Shown here: positions 10,328 to 18,280 of the stretch, one piece after another
Numbering within the stretch: position 1 is the first letter of the stretch
Layout of the letters: every line of letters begins with the position of its first letter
DNA from: Candidatus Iainarchaeum sp.
GTDB lineage: Archaea > B1Sed10-29 > WALL01 > JAGHAM01
Reading direction: 5' to 3'
Assembly (NCBI GenBank): GCA_021161465.1
Contig: JAGHAM010000004.1
Coordinates: 3,035 to 67,034 of the forward strand
DNA length: 64,000 bases
Program-made: the position numbers and the translations under genes
The notes under the pieces: generated by a model
The model's input: only the letters and a program-made list of their open reading frames with translations
Database searches by the model: none
Told to the model about the DNA's origin: nothing

Positions 10328-10734
10328 GCTGGGGTGGCGGAAGTTCACGAGCAGGCAAGCTCGAGAAGTTCAGTTCACGAGCAGGCAAGCTCGAGAAACG
10401 CAATCCGGTTCAACGCGCCGGCCTCGAGTAGCCGCAAAATCGGCTAGCGCTTTAGGCGTCTCACGCTCCGCGTGAGAGCACCAGGTGTGGCCGTAAAATC
10501 GGTTCACGCGAACCGTAAAATCGGTTCACGCTTTGGGTGTTGCGCTACGCGCAAGCACCAGGCGGATGATTAAGGACTTAGTCTAAACCTAAGTGAAAAA
10601 TAACAGGTGCTAGACTTTGTCCAAGTGCCTTACGCTATATGTAAGGCAGGCATCCTGAAAGCCGGTGGGCGCAAGCCCGTGCAGGTTCAAACTGTTTCGT
10701 CTCCGTATGAAACAGGAAATTCCTGCCCCCAGCG
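10328..10734 (+). tRNA. tRNA-Ser(CGA) candidate interrupted by three introns (D-loop ~62 nt, anticodon 37/38 ~231 nt, T-loop 59/60 ~29 nt)
   Basis: Perfect 7-bp acceptor GCTGGGG/CCCCAGC with G73. U8-G9 and a 3-bp D-stem GCG/CGC with a GGTTCAA D-loop remnant. Anticodon stem CCGGC/GCCGG, loop CTCGAG|A. Type-II variable arm TGGGCGCAAGCCCGT (GNRA hairpin). T-arm GCAGG-TTCAAA[intron]T-CCTGC. Hand fold only. Confidence 0.45.
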
Positions 10735-10775
10735 TACCCTTCAACAAACATGTATACACTATAGTAACTATATAA

Positions 10776-11018
10776 TTGGCTATAGTTAAGGTGTTCTGTA
10801 TGGCGACGACTATACAGATAAGCGAAAAACTTAGAGAGGAATTAGCAGCTAGGAAGCTCTACGAAAAAGAGAGTTATGAAGAGGTCATCAATGACCTGCT
10901 TGAGGACACTATGGAACTTTCAGAAGAAACCAAAAGAGAGATAGAGCAAGCGAGGAAGGAGATAAAAGAAGGAAAAGTTTACGCCATGGCAGAGATTAAA
11001 AAGGAGCTAGGGTTGTAA
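10776..11018 (+). CDS. small antitoxin-like protein (80 aa)
   Basis: Small acidic coiled protein immediately upstream of a RelE/ParE-like reading frame (10 nt gap). Confidence 0.4.
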   Translation: MAIVKVFCMATTIQISEKLREELAARKLYEKESYEEVINDLLEDTMELSEETKREIEQARKEIKEGKVYAMAEIKKELGL

Positions 11019-11027
11019 ATGTATGAG

Positions 11028-11147
11028 ATAATTTTCTCTGCCACCTCAAGAAAGAAATTGAAAAAGTTGGATAAGAACACTCAATCTAGAATCTTATCCT
11101 CTTTGGAGCGAATAAGAATTAGACCGGAATTTTTGTAAGACGCTTGG
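11028..11147 (+). pseudogene. truncated RelE/ParE-family toxin remnant (39 codons)
   Basis: Translation 'MYEIIFSATSRKKLKKLDKNTQSRILSSLERIRIRPEFL*' matches the N-terminal third of RelE/ParE toxins (..I.FS..A.K.LKKLDK..Q.RI...LE.L). Premature stop; not in the ORF track (<60 aa). Confidence 0.4.
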
Positions 11148-11468
11148 TCTTGAAGTTTCTCCAAAAGCAAAGCAATCACAAACCATGCCACTCTTGTTTC
11201 CATCGTTGTAATACCTAACATAAAATCCCTTTGGGCTTAAGTCATATGCTACAAATATATGTGGCTTCCAGACAATCTTGGGTGTAGGCTTGACTTTTGG
11301 GCTACTGGCTTCATGGGTTATATTTGCATCGTATACTTTGCCAACAACTTTTTCTGTAATTCCCTAGAGTGTTCACATCGAGAATGCTTGACAGACCCGC
11401 TACTAGGACAAACAAAATTAGGATAGTCAGAGCACCAATCACCAGAAACTGCTTTTTGCCTACCAGCA
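11094..11468 (-). pseudogene. frameshifted small secreted protein gene (candidate)
   Basis: Minus-strand ATG at 11468 gives a signal-peptide-like 'MLVGKKQFLVIGALTILILFVLVAGLSS..', which terminates after an A5 run. An 89-codon continuation without a start codon follows in another frame ('..VYDANITHEASSPKVKPTPKIVWKPHIFVAYD..'). Confidence 0.3.
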
Positions 11469-11511
11469 TAAACCTTTAGTAGACACCTCAATAATAAGTT
11501 TTCTCTCCATC

Positions 11512-11823
11512 ATGTTTTTAGTGTTAGTTAGCTATAAGCTGTGTATGTCCTCCAAGAGCGCAAGGATAACAGTGAAGGCTACGCCAGGGGCGAAAAACTT
11601 TAGCATTACCGGCTTTAACGAGTGGACAGGTGAGCTTGAGGTAAAACTGAAAAACCCGCCTCTAAAAGGGAAAGCTAACCAAGAGCTTATTCACGAGCTT
11701 GAGAAAGTGCTGAATGCTGAGGTCAGGTTGCTTTCCGGTGAAAAAAGCCGGAGGAAGCAAGTTGAGGTTTTAGGCAAGAGCCAGGATGAAGTGCGTGTCT
11801 TAATCAAGAGTTTTAAAGTATGA
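11512..11823 (+). CDS. UPF0235/DUF167 (YggU-like) protein
   Basis: 'ITVKATPGAKNFSITG...ELEVKLKNPPLKGKANQELIHELEKVL...VRLLSGEKSRRKQVEV' matches the DUF167 pattern (..v.a.P.a.kn.i.g.....l.v...app.eGkAN..l...l...l.....v....G..sr.K.v.i). Real start probably the internal Met near 11548. Confidence 0.55.
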   Translation: MFLVLVSYKLCMSSKSARITVKATPGAKNFSITGFNEWTGELEVKLKNPPLKGKANQELIHELEKVLNAEVRLLSGEKSRRKQVEVLGKSQDEVRVLIKSFKV

Positions 11824-11849
11824 GGGGTATAATCATATAGGGTGGGTTC

Positions 11850-12806
11850 ATGGAAAAACAGTTCATAAGTGAGCTTAAGACTAATGACACAGTTAACTCT
11901 TACTTTGCCGTCAAATACAAGCGCCCGGTTAAACCTTACAAAAAAGGTAATATGTTCAAAGTTGGTTTGTCTGACAAGACTGGTGAGATTGACCTAACTT
12001 ACTGGGGTGGCACCAACCAGGATAAGGTTAAGCAGCTGTGGAGTTCTTTTGATATTGATGACGTGGTTCTCGTGAATGGTGTTGTTAGCGAGTATCAGGG
12101 AGAGAGCAAGATAGATGTTAATGAAGGTGTCGGGAAAATATCAAAAACCAGCGAGTATAATATCGCTGATTTGGTTGCAGTCTCGGAGAGAGACCTTGAT
12201 GAGATGGCTTCAGAGCTAATGAGTAAAGTTGAGGAAGTGAAGGACCCTTATTTAAGCAAGCTTTTGCGCGCTTTCTTTGAAGACGCAAAGTTCATGGAAA
12301 AGTTCAAGAAAGCCCCTGCAGCCATGTATATGCACCATGCTTATGTTGGTGGGCTCCTGGAGCATACTCTACACGTCCTTAGCCTATGTGAGGCAATATA
12401 CAAGATATATCCCAAGATGGACCATGATTTGCTTGTGACTGGGGCAATCCTCCATGATATAGGGAAAACTAGGGAGTTTATGGTTGGAACCAGCATAAAA
12501 GTTACCGAGGAGGGGATGCTGAGGGGACACCTGGTTATAGGCGAGGAGATGGTTATAGAAAAAATGAAGGGCATCCTTGGATTCCCAGAGACGCTTATGA
12601 TGAAGGTCGCGCATATAATTTTAAGCCACCATGGCAATGGTGAGTTTGGTTCGCCTAAGAACCCACAGTTCCCAGAAGCAGCTGCAGTGCACTATGCTGA
12701 CGAAATGGATTCAAAGATTGATCAATATGTTAGCATAAAGGAGGATACTGACAGCACGGACTTTAGGATATACACAAAGAGGCTTGGCGAGCTTTACTTG
12801 AAGTGA
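11850..12806 (+). CDS. HD-domain phosphohydrolase with N-terminal OB-fold (YhaM-like)
   Basis: HD motifs 'HTLHVL...AILHDIGK' and 'HIILSHHG', preceded by an OB-fold-like N-terminal 100 aa. Confidence 0.65.
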   Translation: MEKQFISELKTNDTVNSYFAVKYKRPVKPYKKGNMFKVGLSDKTGEIDLTYWGGTNQDKVKQLWSSFDIDDVVLVNGVVSEYQGESKIDVNEGVGKISKTSEYNIADLVAVSERDLDEMASELMSKVEEVKDPYLSKLLRAFFEDAKFMEKFKKAPAAMYMHHAYVGGLLEHTLHVLSLCEAIYKIYPKMDHDLLVTGAILHDIGKTREFMVGTSIKVTEEGMLRGHLVIGEEMVIEKMKGILGFPETLMMKVAHIILSHHGNGEFGSPKNPQFPEAAAVHYADEMDSKIDQYVSIKEDTDSTDFRIYTKRLGELYLK

Positions 12807-12843
12807 ATTGCTTGTTTAATAGCCCACTAGCTACACATAAAAT

Positions 12844-12851
12844 TTTATATT
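12844..12851 (+). promoter_or_regulatory. TATA-box-like element upstream of alaS
   Basis: TTTTATAT about 45 nt upstream of the alaS ATG. Confidence 0.25.
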
Positions 12852-12896
12852 CTGTAGCACTTAATTCAACAAATCCGGTGCGAGAGTTGTAACGAT

Positions 12897-15587
12897 ATGC
12901 CAAAAAACAAGAAGGATGTCATGGAACTTCTTAGAAAGAAACCAGACGAGTACTGGAAAGTGGACCTATTCGAAGAAAGGGGATTTAAGCGCCAGAAATG
13001 CCCTTCCTGTGGGACCTACTTCTGGAGCATTAACGAGAGGGAGAACTGCAGCAGCCCGCCGTGTGGAGACTACGAGTTCATAGGAAAGCCGCCAACCAAA
13101 AAGAGCTTCGACCTGATTAAGGCTTGGCGCGCGATAGAAAAATTCTTCGTCAAGAATGGCCATACCTCAATAAACCGTTATCCGATAATATGCAGATGGT
13201 TTCCCGGACTTTTCTTCACTGTGGCAAGTATAGTTGATTTCCAGCGCTCTGTTGGCGGGAAGCCAGTTTTTGAGTTTCCAGTTGACCCATTGGTCGTTCC
13301 TCAACCGTGCCTGCGTTTTAATGACATACCAAACATAGGCGTGTCCGGAAGGCATATGAGCAGCTTTACCATGGTTGGACAGCATACAAAGAAATACTGG
13401 AAGGACAGGTGCATTGAGCTCGACTATGAACTAATGACCAAAGTTTTTGGAATCCCAGAAGACAAAATTGTCTTCACTGAGGACATCTGGGTTGGACCAA
13501 GCGCATTTGGGTCATCACTGGAGTATCTGGTGGACGGTCTTGAGCTGGGCACGTCAGTATTTACATCGTTTTGGGGGACTCCTGATAATTTCAAGCCAAT
13601 GGATGAGAAAGTGATTGACATGGGTGCAGGCCTGGAGCGGTTTACCTGGATTTCACAAGGTACCCCAACTATATATGATGCTTCATACGGGCCCGTGATA
13701 GCAAAGCTGAAGAAGACTGTAGACTACGACAAAGAGCTTTTTACCAGGTATTCAAGGTTAAGCGGCAGGATAGATGCAGATAAGATGAACCCGCGGAAGG
13801 CATTTGAGGGGGTTGCAGGCAAGCTTGGTGTTTCAGTAAAAGAATTAGAGACGAGCATAGGACCACTACAGGCTGTGTATGCAATAACAGACCATGCTAA
13901 GGCGCTAACGTTTGCCATAGCGGATTCTGGGTTGCCGAGCAATGTTGGCGGTGGCTATAACCTTCGTGTCCTCTTAAGAAGAGCCTTGAACCTGATAAGC
14001 AAATATAATTTGGATTTCACGCTGAATGATGTTTGTGAGAAACATGCTAAATACCTAAAGCCGGTGTATCCATCCCTTGCAGAGAACCTTGATGAAATAA
14101 ATGAAATCCTTGATGTCGAGAAGAAGAAGTATGAAAGGTCTCTTGACAGGGCCAGGCGGGTCGCAAGGACGATAGTGTCTAAGTCAAGAAAAGTCCCCAA
14201 GGACAGGATGATACAGCTTTATGAGTCTCAGGGGGTCACTCCTGAGTTGCTGAAACAGGTTGCTGAGAGTGAAGGGAAGGACATAGAAATAGCTGAGGAC
14301 TTTTATTCAAGCTTGACTGCAAAACATTCGAAGGATGCTAGCGCTGAGTTCGTTGAGGTCGATGCTCCAAAGACTGTGAACCTGTATTATAGCCAGCCAG
14401 AGGCAAAGGAGTTTACTGCTAAGGTCTTGAAGAATTTCAAATACCAGGGCAAAAACTGGGTCATACTGGACAGGACATTATTCTATGCTGAGAAGGGTGG
14501 CCAGGACCATGACACTGGCTGGCTTGATGGGAAAAGAGTCATAGATGTTCAGGATATTGGTGGGGTTGTTCTTCACCAAGCTGAACCATTACCGGAAGGA
14601 AAAACTGTCAAGGGCCAAATAGATTGGGATAGGCGTATTATCCTTAGAAACCATCACTCTGCAACACACATAATCAACGGTGCGTGCCGCCGTGTGCTTG
14701 GTAACCATATCTGGCAGGCTGGTGCGTGGAAGGGGATAGACAAGGCCCATCTTGATATAACCCACTATGAGAACCTCTCACAGGAGCAGATAGACAGGAT
14801 TGAGAAGCTGGCGAATAAAGTAGTGCAGGAGAATAGACCTGTGACACAGAATCTAATGCCAAGGACAGAGGCTGAGAGCAAATATGGGTTTAGGCTTTAT
14901 CAGGGAGGAGCTGTACCTGCTGCAGAGCTTTACATAGTTGAGGTTAAGGACTGGGATGTTGAAGCTTGTGGGGGGACTCATGTCAGCAGGACCGGCGTTA
15001 TAAAGAAAATAGTGATTTCAGGAACAGAGAAAATCCAGGATGGCATTGTAAGGGTTCATTTCCTAGCTGGTGAACCAGCTTTGGAGTATCTAAAGAAAAT
15101 GGATTCTCTGCTTAAGGAAACTGCAGGCCTGCTTGGTGTTAAGGAGAGTAAAGTTCCAGAATCAGTTAAAAAGCTGTTGAGCAAGTGGAAGTCAAAGCGT
15201 AAGGAGTTTGAGAGGTTTTTGAAGAAGACGGCAGAGGAGAAGTCAAATGATATAAATCCAATTGAGTTAGATGGAGTCAAGGCGTATGTTTCTGTTGTTG
15301 AAGGGGTAGACATGCTTGGTTTAAGGGAGGTCTCCAAAAAGTTAGGCAACGATGACTCGTTTGTTTTCCTTGTAAGCGACAGGGGTTTTGTATTTGCAGC
15401 TGCTGGAAAGAATGTTATAGAGAGAGGCATAAATGCGGGGAAGATTGTTAGGGAAATAACTGGTTCCTATGGAGGAGGGGGTGGAGGACCACCCGAGAAA
15501 GGGGAAGGTATGATAAAGGATAGCACCTCTTTGGAGCAGTTGGTTGATGATGTAAAGGGTAAGCTTAGGAGGGCTTTGAATGGTTAG
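12897..15587 (+). CDS. alaS: alanyl-tRNA synthetase (archaeal type)
   Basis: 896 aa. Archaeal AlaRS N-terminal catalytic region, editing domain HxxxH/CxxxH ('HHSATHIINGACRRVLG', 'ACGGTHV'), and C-terminal DHHA1-like 'GGGGGGP' region. Confidence 0.9.
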   Translation: MPKNKKDVMELLRKKPDEYWKVDLFEERGFKRQKCPSCGTYFWSINERENCSSPPCGDYEFIGKPPTKKSFDLIKAWRAIEKFFVKNGHTSINRYPIICRWFPGLFFTVASIVDFQRSVGGKPVFEFPVDPLVVPQPCLRFNDIPNIGVSGRHMSSFTMVGQHTKKYWKDRCIELDYELMTKVFGIPEDKIVFTEDIWVGPSAFGSSLEYLVDGLELGTSVFTSFWGTPDNFKPMDEKVIDMGAGLERFTWISQGTPTIYDASYGPVIAKLKKTVDYDKELFTRYSRLSGRIDADKMNPRKAFEGVAGKLGVSVKELETSIGPLQAVYAITDHAKALTFAIADSGLPSNVGGGYNLRVLLRRALNLISKYNLDFTLNDVCEKHAKYLKPVYPSLAENLDEINEILDVEKKKYERSLDRARRVARTIVSKSRKVPKDRMIQLYESQGVTPELLKQVAESEGKDIEIAEDFYSSLTAKHSKDASAEFVEVDAPKTVNLYYSQPEAKEFTAKVLKNFKYQGKNWVILDRTLFYAEKGGQDHDTGWLDGKRVIDVQDIGGVVLHQAEPLPEGKTVKGQIDWDRRIILRNHHSATHIINGACRRVLGNHIWQAGAWKGIDKAHLDITHYENLSQEQIDRIEKLANKVVQENRPVTQNLMPRTEAESKYGFRLYQGGAVPAAELYIVEVKDWDVEACGGTHVSRTGVIKKIVISGTEKIQDGIVRVHFLAGEPALEYLKKMDSLLKETAGLLGVKESKVPESVKKLLSKWKSKRKEFERFLKKTAEEKSNDINPIELDGVKAYVSVVEGVDMLGLREVSKKLGNDDSFVFLVSDRGFVFAAAGKNVIERGINAGKIVREITGSYGGGGGGPPEKGEGMIKDSTSLEQLVDDVKGKLRRALNG

Positions 15588-15737
15588 TGTGAGAAGTTCT
15601 GATTCGAGGAAAATTCTAAAGGAAGCCGGAGCAATCTTAGGAGTCAGCCCAGAAGAAGTCCCAAGGACTGTGAAGAAGCTATTGGAAGAAACCCACAAAT
15701 TAGAAAAAAGTATAAGACACCTTTAAATAACATAATA

Positions 15738-15745
15738 TTTAAATA
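15738..15745 (+). promoter_or_regulatory. TATA-box-like element (TTTAAATA) upstream of 15774/15777 start
   Basis: Archaeal TATA consensus TTTAWATA about 32 nt upstream of the ATG. A second copy lies at 15722-15729. Confidence 0.3.
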
Positions 15746-15773
15746 AATCAGCCCCTTATTCTATTTTGGTGAG

Positions 15774-18230
15774 TTGATGAAACACAAGATACTTTTTGGT
15801 ATCCTCATAGGACTATCAATCATGTTTTTGGTTGGTTGTGTTGGAGAACAAGGCGCTCCGAGTCACCAGAGCTTGGAGGTTTCTGTTTATGATTCCAACT
15901 CAAGTTCCCCTCTTGCTGGGACTCCTGTCATTCTTTATAATTCCTCCAACAAGGTGATTGCCACTAGTGTTACAGATTCTAGTGGCCATGCCTCGTTCGA
16001 TGTTTCTCCTGGCGACTATTATATCAAAGTAAATACAACAGGGTTCAATGAGAAGAGAAAAAGCGTTTCTATTGGCCCTATAGAAACCACCGTTGTTGAT
16101 GTGGGTGTCAGGAAACTTGGTGAATGCCTCGAGAAGTGGTCTTGCACTGACTGGGGCCCATGCACTAACGGGAAACAAACTCGTATGTGTATGGATGTCA
16201 ACGACTGTAATACAACATATAATAAGCCATCTGAGGAGCAGGCATGCAATTCTTTGGAGTGCTCTGCAAATTCAGAGTGTGATGATGATAACCCGTGCAC
16301 AACTGATAGCTGTACAGATGGCAAGTGTATCTACTCCCCCATAAAGTCATGCACCAGTGGTGATGGTTGTTGCCCATTTGGTTGTTCATATAACAACGAT
16401 AAGGATTGCCCAGAAGCTGACCAGTGTTCAACCAATACAGACTGCAACGACAATAACCCTTGCACTTTTGACAGTTGTGCTGGCTCACCAAAGGTTTGCA
16501 TTCATTCAACCATAATAAGTTGTTCTGACAACGATGATTGTTGCCCATCTGGCTGTAGTTATGTGGATGACAACGATTGCATGCCTGTTGATAAGTGTAA
16601 GCTCGATTCTGACTGCGATGATAATAATGCATGCACAGTGGACACCTGTTCAGGTATCCCAAAGGTTTGCCGTCATTCAACATTAACAGCATGTATTTCT
16701 GGTGATGGTTGTTGCCCAAGCGGTTGTAACCCGGCTGATGACGCTGACTGCAGGGAATGTGAGACAGACGGGAACTGCGATGATGGTAATCCCTGCACTA
16801 ACGACACCTGTGTATCCTGGGTCTGCGAGCACACAGTTTCTAGTGAGGGTTTATCGTGTGGTGAAGGGAAAGTTTGTTGTGGAGGAGAATGCAGGAGGGC
16901 ATGCTCTTCTGCCCAGGATTGTGCTGACTGGTTCGAGGATAACAATGAAAGCTTTGACTCCAACTGTACTGAATTCTCCTGTACCGACCCCGGCAACTGC
17001 TGTTATGCTAATTGCATTATAAGTGTTTCCCCGTGTGGTCCAGAGGACGGATGTTGTCCTTCTAACTGCAATTCTGAGGAGGACCCTGATTGTGAGACTT
17101 GTACTGATGAGTGCGATACTGAAGGCACGACCCAATGCAACGGTAACACCTTGGAGTCCTGCGGTAACTGTGATGGAGATTCCTGCCTTGAATGGTGCAA
17201 TCCTGACGACTGCAGTGACTGCTCCTGCGATTGCGGTAATTACTCCTCTGACCAGGATGAATCAGCGGTAAACTGCAGTGATGGAATAGACAATGACTGT
17301 GATGGCCTAATAGACTGTGATGACGTTGATTGTGTTTCTTATTGCGGTGAGTGTGAGCCTGGAGAAACCAAGGTTTGTGATAACCAGGAGGGAGTTTGTA
17401 AGGGTTCGGAGCAAACCTGCACTCATGAAGGAGACTGGCCCGGCTGTGTCTACACGTCAATTAATGGTTATGAGTCAGCAGAAGCCACCTGTGATGATGG
17501 GCTGGACAATGACTGTGATGGCCTGACTGACTGCGACGACCCTGACTGCAGTAATTCACCGGAATGCCAGGAGGACAGTTCTGTCAACTTTAAGGCGCGT
17601 TGCATAATGACTTATCCACCGGCGGGAGGTAATCAGTGTGATTTCTACTTTGACAATGTTGGAGAAGGTCATGTGCTCGAACCCTTCAAAGTAGATATGA
17701 AGACCAATGGAACTGCCAGACCATGGGGCCTAGGTAGTATTACTGTTAATCTGAAAGATGAAACCGGAGCCGGATGGACAAAACTCTTGAGATTGCCCTT
17801 AAACTCTTCTTACTGGACTGCTGAGGGAATATGCAGCAAAAACTCAGGCATAGAAAAAGTCGCGAAATGTGATTCGAGTGGTGAAGTACTGGAGGAACAT
17901 GTGTGCGGAGAAGGAAACGACTTTTCGGTTGGAATGGAAGACTATTTGAAGATAAAGCTTTCTGTTGACAGCCTAACGCTTTCCATTGAGGACGGTCTGA
18001 TGTATGAGTATGGTGGTTTCTTTGCTGGAGGGTCACAGTCCTTAGATGCTGAGATGGTTATACCAGGTAATTCTTATGTCATGGTAACTTGCGACTGGTT
18101 GGACACAGGCGAACTTCCATTGCTCTTGGAGATGGTTGTGGACCCTGATAACAGAATTTTGGAATCGGATGAAAGTGATAATGTCGATTCACTCTTCTTG
18201 ACAAGCGTAGGACAGACAAATTGCTTTTGA
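15774..18230 (+). CDS. large secreted lipobox protein: Ig-like/CarboxypepD_reg-like N-domain, ~6 Myxococcus-type Cys-rich repeats, MopE-like DNDCDG motifs, CARDB-like C-terminus
   Basis: Signal peptide 'LVGC'. Repeated 'CxDDNPCTxDxCxxGxCxH...CxSGDGCCPxGC...DxDC' modules. 'CSDGIDNDCDGLIDCDD' and 'CDDGLDNDCDGLTDCDD'. C-terminal '...VDPDNRILESDESDN' CARDB-like ending. Real start likely ATG 15777. Confidence 0.7.
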   Translation: MMKHKILFGILIGLSIMFLVGCVGEQGAPSHQSLEVSVYDSNSSSPLAGTPVILYNSSNKVIATSVTDSSGHASFDVSPGDYYIKVNTTGFNEKRKSVSIGPIETTVVDVGVRKLGECLEKWSCTDWGPCTNGKQTRMCMDVNDCNTTYNKPSEEQACNSLECSANSECDDDNPCTTDSCTDGKCIYSPIKSCTSGDGCCPFGCSYNNDKDCPEADQCSTNTDCNDNNPCTFDSCAGSPKVCIHSTIISCSDNDDCCPSGCSYVDDNDCMPVDKCKLDSDCDDNNACTVDTCSGIPKVCRHSTLTACISGDGCCPSGCNPADDADCRECETDGNCDDGNPCTNDTCVSWVCEHTVSSEGLSCGEGKVCCGGECRRACSSAQDCADWFEDNNESFDSNCTEFSCTDPGNCCYANCIISVSPCGPEDGCCPSNCNSEEDPDCETCTDECDTEGTTQCNGNTLESCGNCDGDSCLEWCNPDDCSDCSCDCGNYSSDQDESAVNCSDGIDNDCDGLIDCDDVDCVSYCGECEPGETKVCDNQEGVCKGSEQTCTHEGDWPGCVYTSINGYESAEATCDDGLDNDCDGLTDCDDPDCSNSPECQEDSSVNFKARCIMTYPPAGGNQCDFYFDNVGEGHVLEPFKVDMKTNGTARPWGLGSITVNLKDETGAGWTKLLRLPLNSSYWTAEGICSKNSGIEKVAKCDSSGEVLEEHVCGEGNDFSVGMEDYLKIKLSVDSLTLSIEDGLMYEYGGFFAGGSQSLDAEMVIPGNSYVMVTCDWLDTGELPLLLEMVVDPDNRILESDESDNVDSLFLTSVGQTNCF

Positions 18231-18243
18231 TACCAACTAAACT

Positions 18244-18251
18244 TTTAAATA
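18244..18251 (+). promoter_or_regulatory. TATA-box-like element upstream of leuS
   Basis: TTTAAATA about 38 nt upstream of the probable ATG at 18290. Confidence 0.3.
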
Positions 18252-18280
18252 AACTCCCACACTAATAAAAGGAAATCTAA

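Noticed and set aside
16019-17526. Multiple 60-170-aa ORFs on both strands inside the 15774..18230 gene (e.g. 16198..16719 -, 16673..16996 -, 17062..17460 -)
   Set aside because: They are antisense or out-of-frame shadows of a repeat-rich Cys-codon (TGY/GCA) sequence. The translations are His/Cys/Gln-rich nonsense.
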